A stretch of 64,000 nt of DNA from an uncultured delta proteobacterium (GCA_963771465.1 CAVYTU010000013.1:436000-499999); one strand, 5' to 3'; positions 21,239-31,387 are shown, counted from the first letter of the stretch. Numbers and translations are program-made. Notes: generated by a model from the letters alone, not told the origin.

Positions 21239-21582
21239 CGTATGTACTTTCGCCAGTTGGCGGGGTGCGAAGAATTGCCACCGCGGTTTGATAAATCTGA
21301 TGGCTGCCCGTATTCAGCGGTTGCGGCCGCGGGAATTTGCTATCGTCGGACTCTAGCTGCAAAGGAGCGCATTCGTCATGCTGCTCGCCTTATGGCTTGT
21401 CATGCCGCTTTGTTTCGTTCAGCCCGCACGGCCTGTCTTGAATTCAACTCCACAACTTCTTGCTTGCGATCTCTACCGTTTTGAACCGCTATTCCAAAAC
21501 GATCACGCAGTTGAATCCGGTGCGGCGGGCGTTAAGGTAAAAATAAGTCCAGCTAATGGGTTTACTTGGAAGGGAGCGGATA

Positions 21583-22137
21583 ATGGCCAAATGGATTTTC
21601 GAACCGGGACATACGGCGGCGGAGTTTTGTGTGCGTCACATGATGGTGACTTTTGTCCGCGGCCATTTCAAAGATATTCACGGCACGCTTGTCTTCGATC
21701 AGGCGGACCCGGGCGCGACTTCCGTCGAGGCCACGATCGAAGCTTCGGGAATCTGGACAGGTGAAGCGGCGCGCGATGCCCACCTCAAGAGCGAGGACTT
21801 TCTCGACGTGGAGAAACATCCGACGATTACTTTCGCGGGGAAGCACGTCGAACTGGCGGGCGCGAACGAAGCGGTTCTCAGGGGCGAGTTGACGATTCGA
21901 GGTATAACCCGGACGGTGCCGCTCCGCGTCCACTATCTGGGAGAATGGCAGACTCCATGGTGGGAAGATGGCGTGGATAAGGGACCGAAAACTAGGGCGG
22001 GCTTTGCCGCCACCACCACAATCAATCGCCACGACTTCGGCGTGAGCTGGAATAGCACTTTAGACAGGGGTGGCGTCGTCGTCGGCAACATGGTTGAGAT
22101 CACCATCGACGCGGAAGCGATCCTGCAAGACGGATGA
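21583..22137 (+). CDS. YceI family protein
   Basis: F.VRHMMVTFVRGHF, RDAHLKSEDFLDVEKHPTITF, INRHDFGVSWN. Confidence 0.95.
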   Translation: MAKWIFEPGHTAAEFCVRHMMVTFVRGHFKDIHGTLVFDQADPGATSVEATIEASGIWTGEAARDAHLKSEDFLDVEKHPTITFAGKHVELAGANEAVLRGELTIRGITRTVPLRVHYLGEWQTPWWEDGVDKGPKTRAGFAATTTINRHDFGVSWNSTLDRGGVVVGNMVEITIDAEAILQDG

Positions 22138-22202
22138 TCTGCACAGCTTCTTCGAATCGAAATCGGCCTGCTGTAATTGAATCTTCTTCTCACGGCTTCT
22201 TT

Positions 22203-22257
22203 CTCCGGCGCATACACCACGATGCATCCACGGCAGGCCAACTCCTTCGCTGTGGTG
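22203..22257 (-). repeat. Orphan 3' tail copy 1 of the YncE-like gene
   Basis: Encodes TTAKELACRGCIVVYAPE, matching 25664-25718. Confidence 0.9.
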
Positions 22258-22410
22258 TTCGGCTTCACCTCGGCGGCGCTCTATGTGATCTGTACCTCTT
22301 GACGTTTACAGCCCAACGGAAGTAGAAGGAGGCCATGAGCGATCAGAAACACGGCCGCATTTATGGCCGTGCCAGCGTACGACCTCAGTGCCGGAAACTG
22401 GGGAAAGACC

Positions 22411-22590
22411 ATGGCGGAACCAAGGACGTGCGAAGAAATTGGCCTACGCCTGAACGATCTCGCGAATGAATACACCCAAACACTGAACGAAGATCCGCGC
22501 CACGTTGAGATCGAAAACGAGATATCAGTCCTGTACCTGCAGCGTTACATCTTGCAAAGACTGATAGAGCGCGATCGCCGGGAACACTGA
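22411..22590 (+). CDS. Small helical hypothetical protein
   Basis: MAEPRTCEEIGLRLNDLANEY...; GGGAAAG upstream. Confidence 0.45.
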   Translation: MAEPRTCEEIGLRLNDLANEYTQTLNEDPRHVEIENEISVLYLQRYILQRLIERDRREH

Positions 22591-22694
22591 ACCTCGACGC
22601 AGGTTTGTTCGTCTCGCGCGCCAAATGTGCAGTCAGCTTCTGACCCGCGATCCTACACGGGCTTCACGCTCCACGGGCGCCCGCTGATACGAAC

Positions 22695-22952
22695 CTAACA
22701 ATATTGCTTGAGCACTCGTGCCATTTGTTCCAATGCCCGGTCGAGAGCCTTTTGATTCATCAAACAACGGCGACATAGACAAGCAGCGCAGTGGCTTTGC
22801 ATTGGAAAGGCGTGCTGTGGTTGCCATACCACGGCGTGGGAGAAGCACCAACAATCTTGAGCTCCTATTGCGAGGCCGCACTCGTTCCTGGCGCCACAGA
22901 GCGGACAGCGAGTTTGATCGATAGGGGATTTCTTGATCAAGCTTAGTGTCAT
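22695..22952 (-). CDS. Cysteine-rich CWC family protein
   Basis: CPLCG..NEC.....CWCF...CLCRRCL; GAGAGG RBS. Confidence 0.85.
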   Translation of the reverse strand: MTLSLIKKSPIDQTRCPLCGARNECGLAIGAQDCWCFSHAVVWQPQHAFPMQSHCAACLCRRCLMNQKALDRALEQMARVLKQYC

Positions 22953-23132
22953 CGATTTTTCCTCTCATTTTTATGCAGATCGATGAACGAAGGGGACAAT
23001 GGCACAAGGCGAACTTCGCCCCTTCAAGCAGGACTCGAATTTCCCGAAGGAATAGACTCTGTCAGAATGTCGGGCTTACTTCCCGCGTCTCCCCTTCGGA
23101 GGTCCGGGTCATGTTCCGTGCGGTTGCACGGC

Positions 23133-23323
23133 CCGTCGGCAGGTCTTCGGACTTGTAGGCGGCAGCCCTTGCCGGGCTAATTTCTACTCGCCGTCGCTTC
23201 CCAGCCCCTAAGAGAGCCAGTGCTTATGACGGCTTTCGTTCCTACTTACCGCTGCGGGGCAGTCCCGGATTTCCACCGGGTTCCCTCTTTCAACGCTTTT
23301 AAACAAAGCGTACCGACAGCAAC
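23133..23323 (-). ncRNA. Cobalamin riboswitch
   Basis: Minus strand AGGGAACCCGGTGGAAATCCGGGACTGCCCCGCAGCGGTAA...CACTGG...CTGGGAAG...AAGTCCGAAGACCTGCC (B12 box). Confidence 0.95.
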
Positions 23324-23652
23324 TTCTACATATAGAACGAAGCGTGATGTTGTCAACCCGGAAAAATTCGCCTTTGGGCAACGGGCGAGGATCGGCGCCG
23401 CAAGTGTGCTAGGTTTTCGGCAACGTGTGAGTGCATCCTGGGTGGCAAGTCTTGAATCTTGACATTTCTAACTTCAGAATTTTGTTTCGTTCACACCGCA
23501 CAGGCACTTTGAATTGACAATTACGTCCACGCCGCCCTCCGTTGCTCACTCGCACGATTTGGGCGCGCTGACCCTCGTGCTGCTGGAGTGATGCTGCGCT
23601 CCGAAGCAAGGTCACAAGTTTGAATCTTGTCGGGTGCGCGAGACTCAAAGCC

Positions 23653-23742
23653 TTACTCGGGCGCATACACCACGATGTATCCACGGCAGGCCAACTGCTT
23701 CGCTGTCGTGGCCACATCGACGCGATTGTTGGCGAGACTCAC
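23653..23742 (-). repeat. Orphan 3' tail copy 2 of the YncE-like gene
   Basis: About 90 bp matching 25661-25750 including the stop codon. Confidence 0.92.
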
Positions 23743-23784
23743 GATCGAGCACGCAATAAAAGACTAGATTCCTTGCGGGACGTA

Positions 23785-24351
23785 CTACTTAATTCGCTTC
23801 GGGATACGGCCCGCGTCAACCTCCGCCTTGAGTAGCGGCAGCATGCCACCGGCTGCCAATTTCTTGATGATAAAGGGCGGCATGGGCTCGAACTTGAGTT
23901 CGACGCCCGAGGAAATGTTGCTGAGGCGTCCGTTTTCGAGATCGACTTCGAGCTCATCGCCTTGTTTAACCGCATCGAGAATCCCGACAAGCTCAACTAC
24001 CGGAAGCCCGCGTTCTATCGAATTTCTGAAAAAATAGGGAGACGACGTGTCGCAAAGCACGGCGGCTACGCCCGCCCCGAGGATGGACAGACAGGCATGA
24101 TCGTGATCATGTCCGAACCCCATGAATTCGCCGACGATGAAATCTCCCTTGCGAACCTTCTTGGGAAAATCGGGATCCAAATTGACCATACAGTACTTAC
24201 CGATCTCCTCCGCCGTATACATGCCTTTTTCCTGCAGCCCCTGATAAGTCCGATAACCGCATATCTCCCAGTCGACGTCCAAAACACCGCGAAACACCCA
24301 GGCGTTTCCTCTCATCGGCTTCATCTGTCCCAGCTTCCCATCCTCCGTCAT
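23785..24351 (-). CDS. LeuD/DmdB-like aconitase-family small subunit, atypical
   Basis: DPDFPKKVRKGDFIV, FFRNSIERGLPV, GGMLP; GCGSSREHA replaced by GFGHDHDHA; ATGA overlap with the large subunit. Confidence 0.88.
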   Translation of the reverse strand: MTEDGKLGQMKPMRGNAWVFRGVLDVDWEICGYRTYQGLQEKGMYTAEEIGKYCMVNLDPDFPKKVRKGDFIVGEFMGFGHDHDHACLSILGAGVAAVLCDTSSPYFFRNSIERGLPVVELVGILDAVKQGDELEVDLENGRLSNISSGVELKFEPMPPFIIKKLAAGGMLPLLKAEVDAGRIPKRIK

Positions 24352-25616
24352 AGATATTTTCTCGGATCGGTGATTTGCCCCTCCAAACACGAGGCGGCCA
24401 CGGTCATCGGGTTAGCCAAATAGATTTGCGCTTCTTCGCTGCCCATGCGCCCGGGATAGTTGGTTTGACCCGAGGCGATGCACACCTCGTCGGCCGAGAG
24501 CGGTGTATTGCCGCCCCATTCCATGCCCTCGTTGGGAATGGGCACGACACACTCGGCGTCGATGAAGGTGCCTATCAGGCCTTCATCCAGCGCCTGGCGC
24601 AGTATGTTGGTCGTGCCTGGAGTGATGTTGAGCACGACGCGCGGATGGATTTTTTTGCCCTTCAAGATCCGCGCGGCCATGCGCAAGTGTTCGATCCAGC
24701 TCCCGGCGTCGCTGCCGATGAATCCGCGGTCGATGGCGGTTCCTTCGAGTTCCTTGATCGATTTGACCAGATGGCGCTTCGGCGGCGGCACGACTTGCGG
24801 CTCCAAGCGGCTGACGTCGAGCTCAAAAACTTTGACATAATGCGCGTCCGGATCGCTTACTTGAGGCTCAAAATTCTCGTTTGTGCGCGCGCGCACGTAG
24901 TCAAGCGTCTTTTGATCCGGATTGATGATCGCCGTCCAGGCGCCGGTGAAAAGCGCCAGGGAGCAGAGCGAAAAACGCTCGCCCATACTCAAATCATTAA
25001 TAACCGGGCCCGTCCATTCGAGGGCGCCGCCACCTGCCCCCGTCGGCCCGATCCGGGATAAGAAATGTTCGAACACGTCGCGCGCGCAGGTGCCGGCAGG
25101 CAAATCTCCATTGACGACGATCTTGATGCTGCGGGGAACTCTCATCCAGGTTTTGCCGGTCATGAAATATTCGCCGCGGCCGTAAGAAAGCGTCGTGGCG
25201 AAGGCGCCCAACGCGCCGCTGCCGCTCGAATGCCCGTTGACGGCTTGTAAGTAAACCTCCCCGGGCAACGCCCAAGCCCTTTCGGCGGAAAACATGTTTT
25301 CAATGCCGGATCTACCAAGAGAATAAATATTCTCTTGGGGAATGCCGACCGCTTTGGCCCATTTTCTCGCGCGCATGCGTGAGCGCGCCGCACTGTGCGA
25401 AGCGGTGGCGCCGAGATGACCGTCGATGATTCGGATGAGCTTGGGGTCGAAAACGCCGACTTTCCATTCGGCGCAAAATTCTACGCCGCCGCGCAAGCTG
25501 CCGGCGTTTCCCATGGGCGTCGGACATCTGCTGCCAACTTCGATGTAGTCACCAGGCGAAACCTCTCCGCGGCCGGCGGCTTTGGCGAGAATTTTTTCGG
25601 TGATGGTTTTTCCCAT
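24348..25616 (-). CDS. LeuC/DmdA-like aconitase-family large subunit lacking Fe-S cysteines
   Basis: MGKTITEKIL, EPQV..P, NYPGRMG, AAS..G.ITDPR; GSC replaced by GSD, CxxC replaced by ExxE. Confidence 0.88.
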   Translation of the reverse strand: MGKTITEKILAKAAGRGEVSPGDYIEVGSRCPTPMGNAGSLRGGVEFCAEWKVGVFDPKLIRIIDGHLGATASHSAARSRMRARKWAKAVGIPQENIYSLGRSGIENMFSAERAWALPGEVYLQAVNGHSSGSGALGAFATTLSYGRGEYFMTGKTWMRVPRSIKIVVNGDLPAGTCARDVFEHFLSRIGPTGAGGGALEWTGPVINDLSMGERFSLCSLALFTGAWTAIINPDQKTLDYVRARTNENFEPQVSDPDAHYVKVFELDVSRLEPQVVPPPKRHLVKSIKELEGTAIDRGFIGSDAGSWIEHLRMAARILKGKKIHPRVVLNITPGTTNILRQALDEGLIGTFIDAECVVPIPNEGMEWGGNTPLSADEVCIASGQTNYPGRMGSEEAQIYLANPMTVAASCLEGQITDPRKYL

Positions 25617-25660
25617 GCACGTCGTCCGATGCGCCCCGAGCGTATGTCGACGAGAGGATC

Positions 25661-26731
25661 TTACTCCGGCGCATAAACCACGATGCATCCACGGCAGGCC
25701 AACTCCTTCGCGGTCGTGGCCACATAGACGCGATTGTTGGCGAGACTCACCGCGAGCGAGCGCGCGCCATTGGACGTCGGGATTTGTTGCAGGCCCTTTT
25801 TCGTCTTGGTGTCGACCACCATCAAAGTTCCACCGGAGGTGGAATGGTAGTACTGGCCGAGCTTGCGATTCATCGTCGAGCCGCCGTTGCCGCCGTATCC
25901 CGCGAGAACGGTTTCCACCTTGCCGGCCGCGATATCGAAGATCGCCATGTTGCCGCCGGGCTTGGAAGACGGGCCGTGGGCGCTGCTGCAACCGAGGAAA
26001 ATGGTCGAGTCCGAGACGATGGAGAGACTATGCGGATAACAGTCGAGTTCGTGCAGCTTCACGAGCTTGCCGGTTTTGGGATCGGTCTGCGCCAGCAATC
26101 CCTTGGCGGTGTCCGCGCGCGATACCGGAATGGCTGTGTAGAACATGCGGCTTGGCGCGTGATAGGCGGAGCGCTCCAGGTTCTCGCCGGATTCCGGAAT
26201 AGGGATCTTTGCGAGGATTTTGTGATCGGGCGCCGTCGAGATGAAGCTGAGGTACGGCGGATCCTCGTTCGAATTGGCGACGATGACGACGCCGATGTCT
26301 TCGCCCAAGGCCATGCCGTTGGCGCGCTTCTTTCCGCCGGTGGCGATCGTCGCCGTGATTTGGTTCGTCTTGGTGTCGACCACCTTGATCGTGCTGTCGC
26401 CGTCGCTCACCCATAGTTCGGCGCCGCCCTTGACGATCAGGACGCCATTGGGCCCCGAAGCATCGCCATCCTTCACCCGTCCGATGAAGCCCGGTATGCG
26501 CGCGACGAATTTGTCGGTCTTGGTGTCGAAGACGATGACGGATTTGTTGGTCTTGTCGGCGAGATAGCCGAGGCCCGTCGTCTGGTCGATGTCCATGATG
26601 CCGATGTCGGTGACCGGATCACCGGGAACTGAAATTTCTGCGACCTGTTTCAGGCCTGCGGCCTGCGCGGGACTAGCGGCGATCATGGCGGCGAGTGCGG
26701 CAACGATCACGGATTTGGAACGCAACATCAT
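25661..26731 (-). CDS. Secreted YncE/YVTN-like beta-propeller protein
   Basis: Signal peptide (AQA), repeated V.DTKT blades, ELWVSDGDSTIKVVD. Confidence 0.85.
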   Translation of the reverse strand: MMLRSKSVIVAALAAMIAASPAQAAGLKQVAEISVPGDPVTDIGIMDIDQTTGLGYLADKTNKSVIVFDTKTDKFVARIPGFIGRVKDGDASGPNGVLIVKGGAELWVSDGDSTIKVVDTKTNQITATIATGGKKRANGMALGEDIGVVIVANSNEDPPYLSFISTAPDHKILAKIPIPESGENLERSAYHAPSRMFYTAIPVSRADTAKGLLAQTDPKTGKLVKLHELDCYPHSLSIVSDSTIFLGCSSAHGPSSKPGGNMAIFDIAAGKVETVLAGYGGNGGSTMNRKLGQYYHSTSGGTLMVVDTKTKKGLQQIPTSNGARSLAVSLANNRVYVATTAKELACRGCIVVYAPE

Positions 26732-26985
26732 CGGCTCCCTCCCTGTAGCTTTTCTTGGCAAGCATTGGCGTCATATTATTACGATCGGACCCATGGACGC
26801 ATCACTACAACAGAGAGAGCCATAATGAAAGCTCTTTGAGCTACAAGCGAAAGCTGAAGTACGGCTCGTCGTAGTCGAGCCGTCGCCTCTTCTAACTGCA
26901 CACTTCTCCGAGCTTAAGCCTCATCTCTTCCTATTCCGCCTCGGACGGGCGCGCATTGAAATCGACCCAAATATGTTTGATGTTA

Positions 26986-27077
26986 TGCCGACGATTCGGC
27001 AAATGCTGAAATCTCGGCAGTCTCTTTGGTGCTCATTGTAAACATTTCAGAAAGTTACACGTGGTCTTTTCATTGCA
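26986..27077 (+). promoter_or_regulatory. sigma54 promoter with tandem palindromic upstream sites (copy 1)
   Basis: TGCCGAcgatTCGGCA plus TGCTGAaatcTCGGCA; TGTAA-N13-TTACA; TGGTCTTTTCATTGCA. Confidence 0.7.
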
Positions 27078-27109
27078 TTTATCTTCTGTCGTTCACGACG
27101 CAGAAATTA

Positions 27110-27185
27110 CAGATGGGCGAAGACGGCCATTCGTCTGAACATCGGTTGCGAGCGGAGCATCCGATGAATTCAAGACGCAAATAAT
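27110..27185 (+). pseudogene. Decayed remnant of the STAS-like gene
   Basis: cggagcatccgatgaattcaagacgcaaata matches 34085-34116. Confidence 0.7.
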
Positions 27186-27272
27186 GAGGTGTTCCAGCTC
27201 ACTCAAAGGAAACAGGACGATGTACAAAGGAATTGGTCGACAAGCGCTTGATCAATGGGACGGGATATCCAT

Positions 27273-27944
27273 ATGAAAACTGACACGAAGCTCATCTCGG
27301 TCAATGTTGGCCTGCCGCGTACCGTCATGAGCAATGGCGATCCGGTATCGACAGGAATTTTTAAAGAGCCGGTGGCGGGCCGTGTCATGCTTAGAACCCT
27401 CAACCTTGACGGTGACCGGCAGGCTGATCTTTCCGTACATGGCGGACCCAGCAAGGCAGTCTACGCTTATCCCTCCGAACACTACGACTACTGGACGCAC
27501 GAATTTCCTGAGATGAAACTACCTTGGGGCATGTTCGGCGAGAACTTCACGACCGCGGGACTGCTTGAAACGGAGTTAAACGTCGGTGACAAATTTCGCG
27601 TCGGCTCTGCCATCGTGATGGCGACCGAGCCGCGCATGCCTTGTTACAAGCTCGGCATCAGATTCGGCCGCTCCGACATCATCAAAAGATTCCTGGCGAG
27701 CGAGCGCACGGGAATCTATTTTGCGGTGCTGCAAGAGGGCGAAGTCGGAGCAGGCGACCCGATGGAACTCATCGAAAAAAGCCAAGACAGTGTAAGACTC
27801 AGCGATATCACCGCACTTTATACCCGCGAGAAGCATAACGTCGGATTGCTTCGTCGCGCGATCGAAGTGGCGACGCTTCCCGAAAGTTGGAAGGACTATT
27901 TCCGCCAGCGGCTTGCGAAATTGACCGGTTCTTCACGGGAATGA
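27273..27944 (+). CDS. MOSC domain protein (YiiM-like), copy 1
   Basis: GDRQADLSVHGG..KAVY, FGEN, PRMPCYKL. Confidence 0.95.
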   Translation: MKTDTKLISVNVGLPRTVMSNGDPVSTGIFKEPVAGRVMLRTLNLDGDRQADLSVHGGPSKAVYAYPSEHYDYWTHEFPEMKLPWGMFGENFTTAGLLETELNVGDKFRVGSAIVMATEPRMPCYKLGIRFGRSDIIKRFLASERTGIYFAVLQEGEVGAGDPMELIEKSQDSVRLSDITALYTREKHNVGLLRRAIEVATLPESWKDYFRQRLAKLTGSSRE

Positions 27945-28092
27945 CGCGCCACTCGCGATAGTGGCATTAAGGCCGATAGGAGAGGTGCTGGCCGACGATT
28001 TCACCAGGGAAGTTAACGAAGCCTGGGCAATGAGCAGCCGAGGTATTTGAATCCGCCGGAAATCGGCTGAACGCCTTTTGGAAGCATCCATC

Positions 28093-29182
28093 ATGAAAGC
28101 ATACCAGCTCTTGCTCGCCGCAATACTCGCCAGCGCAATCGGCGTCGCCGATCGAGACCTTAGCCGCGGACAAAAGCGTGGCGCAGCAGATGCCGCCCGC
28201 GGCGGTTCGATTACCCATTGAAGGCGAGTTGCCTTCTCTCGGCGGCGCGACCGGATGGCTCAACTCGCCGCCATTGACGGCCGCCGGCCTGCGCGGAAAA
28301 GTCGTCCTCATCGACGTCTGGACCTACACCTGCATCAATTGGCTACGCCAGCTTCCCTATGTCCGCGCGTGGGCCGCGAAATACAAGAATCAAGGATTGG
28401 TGGTGATCGGCGTGCACGCGCCGGAGTTCGCATTCGAGAAAAACCTCGACAACGTGCGCCGAGCCGCGAAGGACATGAGGGTCGATTATCCGATCGCGAT
28501 CGATAATGACTTTGCGATATGGCGTGCTCTCAAGAACCAATATTGGCCGGCGCTCTATTTCGTCGATGCGCAGGGTAAGATTCGCCATCATCATTTCGGC
28601 GAGGGCGAATACGAACAGTCGGAGAGGATCATTCAACAATTGCTCGCCGAGGGCGGCAAGCGCCGGCATCGGTACGGAACTGGTTTCGGTCGATGGCCGT
28701 GGCGTGGAAGCTGCCGCCGATTGGGGCAGTTTAAAATCGCCGGAAAACTATCTCGGCTATGAGCGCACCGAGAACTTTGCCTCTCCCGGCGGCGCAGTGT
28801 TGGACAAGCGTCGCGTCTATGCTGTCCCCGCGCGGTTGAGACTCAATCAATGGGCCCTTTCGGGTGATTGGACGGTGCAGAAACAGGCCACTGTGTTGAA
28901 CCAGGCCAACGGGCGGATCGCCTACCGCTTTCACGCCCGCGATCTTCATCTCGTCATGGGACCGGCAGCGCGAGGAACTTCCGTGCGCTTTCGCGTGCTC
29001 ATCGATGGACAAGCCGCCGGGCGCTGCGCACGGCATTGACGTTGACGACCAAGGCAACGGCACGGTTAGCGAACAGCGGATTGTATCAGCTGATCCGACA
29101 ACCGAAGCCCATCGCCGATCGACAGTTCGAGATCGAGTTTCTCGATGCGGGCGTGGAGGCTTTTGCGTTCACGTTCGGCTGA
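28093..29182 (+). CDS. DipZ C-terminal-like thioredoxin/redoxin protein with several frameshifts
   Basis: WLNSPPL, DVWTYTCINW, GVHAPEF, HFGEGEY, SPENYLGY, FHARDLHLVMGP, AFAFTFG spread over frames. Confidence 0.85.
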
Positions 29183-29442
29183 TCCACGGCAGAGGCTATG
29201 CACTCGATCACGGCGCCCCGGCGGTGGCCTCGATCTGGTGATTAACGGGGAATGCTCAACGGACAGTTCTTGCTCGGCGAACTCAACACCCATCTCCTTT
29301 ACGAAAGGAACCCAACCATGCTCCTCGAGAACCTGCAGCACCTGGCGAAAGTCGGCAGTCTCGTGCCTTCATGTGAGCGCTAGACGGCGTTCGGCAGAAT
29401 CAATACTCCTGACCAAGCGATCTTTCGGAAAGGGGACCAGCC

Positions 29443-30396
29443 ATGACTGAACCAGCACAGATGACAAGTTTTCGCGCAACCTTGGCTGCGGCCGCAGTAG
29501 GCCTGTGCCTGCTCACGCCCGCCAGTGACGCGCAGACCATTATCACCAACGAAACGAAGAGAACACAAAGTGAGATGGCTTTTGAGACGCTCACCGTGCG
29601 CAAGGAAGGCGCCGTTTTGTTCGCGGAAATTGCCGCCCCGCCGATGAATCTTTTGGGCCCAGAACTGGTCCGCGATCTGGTCTCCCTAATCAAGCAAGCC
29701 GAGGCCGACGACGCATTCAAGGTGCTCGTGTTCAAGAGCGCCGACCCCGACTATTTCATTCCCCACGTCGACGTGACCCGGATCAAAGAGTACCGGGAGG
29801 AGGCGGCGAAGCTGACCGGCGAAGCGTCGATCGCCCTCCTGTTTCGCCATCTGAGCGCAAGCCGCCTCGTCACGATCGCGCAGATCGAGGGTCGCGTACG
29901 CGGCGCCGGCAGCGAGTTCGTGCTGGCGTGCGACATGCGCTTTGCCGCGCGGGAGTCAGCGATCTTCAGTCAGCCGGAGCCGGCGTTCGGTCTGATCCCC
30001 GGCGGAGGCGGCGCCCAACACCTCGCGCGCCTCATGGGCCGAGCCAGGGCGCTCGAAGTCATGTTGAGCGCGGACGATTACGACGCGGAGCTGGCTGAAC
30101 GGTACGGTTGGATTAACCGAGCGTTGCCCGCCAAGGCGCTCGGCGATTTCGTCAGATCGCTTGCTCATCGGATCGCCGGATTTCCGGCCGCCGGCCAAGT
30201 CGCGGTCAAGGAGCGGGTCAATGCGATCGCTCTCGCGCCGGCCGAGGACTTCCGTCGCGATTCCGATCTCTTCGGCGAGGGCTCGCGCAACCCCGAGGTC
30301 CAGAGCCGGTTCCAAGCCGCGCTAAAGCGCGGCTTCCAGACTCGAGATGCGGAAATGTCCCTGGGCCGGTTGCTGGGCGACCTGGTTGACCGTTGA
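29443..30396 (+). CDS. Enoyl-CoA hydratase/isomerase family protein
   Basis: PPMNLL, RGAGSEFVLACDMRFA, GLIPGGGG. Confidence 0.92.
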   Translation: MTEPAQMTSFRATLAAAAVGLCLLTPASDAQTIITNETKRTQSEMAFETLTVRKEGAVLFAEIAAPPMNLLGPELVRDLVSLIKQAEADDAFKVLVFKSADPDYFIPHVDVTRIKEYREEAAKLTGEASIALLFRHLSASRLVTIAQIEGRVRGAGSEFVLACDMRFAARESAIFSQPEPAFGLIPGGGGAQHLARLMGRARALEVMLSADDYDAELAERYGWINRALPAKALGDFVRSLAHRIAGFPAAGQVAVKERVNAIALAPAEDFRRDSDLFGEGSRNPEVQSRFQAALKRGFQTRDAEMSLGRLLGDLVDR

Positions 30397-30469
30397 TCGA
30401 ATGGAATACATCGCTGGCGATCACTTCGTGCGCATTCGTGGAGTCGCGAATGCTTAGGAGGAAAAAAAC

Positions 30470-31387
30470 ATGGCAAATCCCATTCTGGTCACCGGCGCGG
30501 CGGGCCGCGTCGGCGCGGTAGGGCGCACGGTCACCGAGCTGCTGTTGAAGCAAGGCAAAGCGGTGCGCGCGATGGTGCGAAATGAAGACGAACGCGCGCA
30601 GGCGTTGCGCGACATGGGTGCGGAGGTCGTGGTCGGCGATCTGCTCGATCTCGATTCGATGCATAGGGTGATTGCCGGCTGCGAGACGATGTACTTCGGC
30701 ATGTCGGTTTCGGATACCTATCTGGCCGCGACGGTCAATGCGGCGGCGGTGGCGAAGCATCACGGCGTGAAGGCGTTCATCAATATGTCGCAGATGACGC
30801 TCGCACAGATGAGCATTACCGAAACCACCCCGAGCCCGCAGCACAAGCTGCACTGGCTCGCCGAGCAGGCGCTGAACTGGTCCGGTCTGCCGGTCGTGCA
30901 CGTGCGGCCGACAGTGCTTCTCGAAGGCTTCTTCCTGATTTTCACTGCGGATTCGGTCAGGGAATCAAATCAGATCAGACTACCGTTCGGCGAGGGCAAG
31001 ACTTCGCCGGTCGCAGTGGAAGACGTTGCACGTGTGCTCGCCACGCTGCTCGCCAATCCGCAGCCGCACATCGGCAAGATCTATCACCTGACCGGTCCGC
31101 AGTCGGAGAACATGCATTTCTATGCACAGGAGTATTCGAAGGCGCTTGGCCGCACGATCACCTTTCAGGACATTCCGGTCGAGCCGTGGCGGGACGGGCT
31201 GCTCGAGCGCGGCTTGCCGGTTCACCTGGTGAACCACCTCGCGACGATGGCCGATCTGCACCGCGCGGGACGCTACGACCGGATGTCGGACGACGTGCGC
31301 ACGCTAACGGGGCAAGGGCCGCTGAGCGTGCAGGAGTTCGTCAGGAAGAATGCGGCGACATTCACCGCGTCGGCAAAAGCGGCCTGA
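30470..31387 (+). CDS. NmrA-like NAD(P)-binding protein
   Basis: ILVTGAAGRVG, YHLTGP. Confidence 0.9.
   Translation: MANPILVTGAAGRVGAVGRTVTELLLKQGKAVRAMVRNEDERAQALRDMGAEVVVGDLLDLDSMHRVIAGCETMYFGMSVSDTYLAATVNAAAVAKHHGVKAFINMSQMTLAQMSITETTPSPQHKLHWLAEQALNWSGLPVVHVRPTVLLEGFFLIFTADSVRESNQIRLPFGEGKTSPVAVEDVARVLATLLANPQPHIGKIYHLTGPQSENMHFYAQEYSKALGRTITFQDIPVEPWRDGLLERGLPVHLVNHLATMADLHRAGRYDRMSDDVRTLTGQGPLSVQEFVRKNAATFTASAKAA

Noticed and set aside
23785-25616. Assigning leuC/leuD symbols
   Set aside because: Cluster ligands and catalytic motif are absent and no leuA/leuB is nearby.
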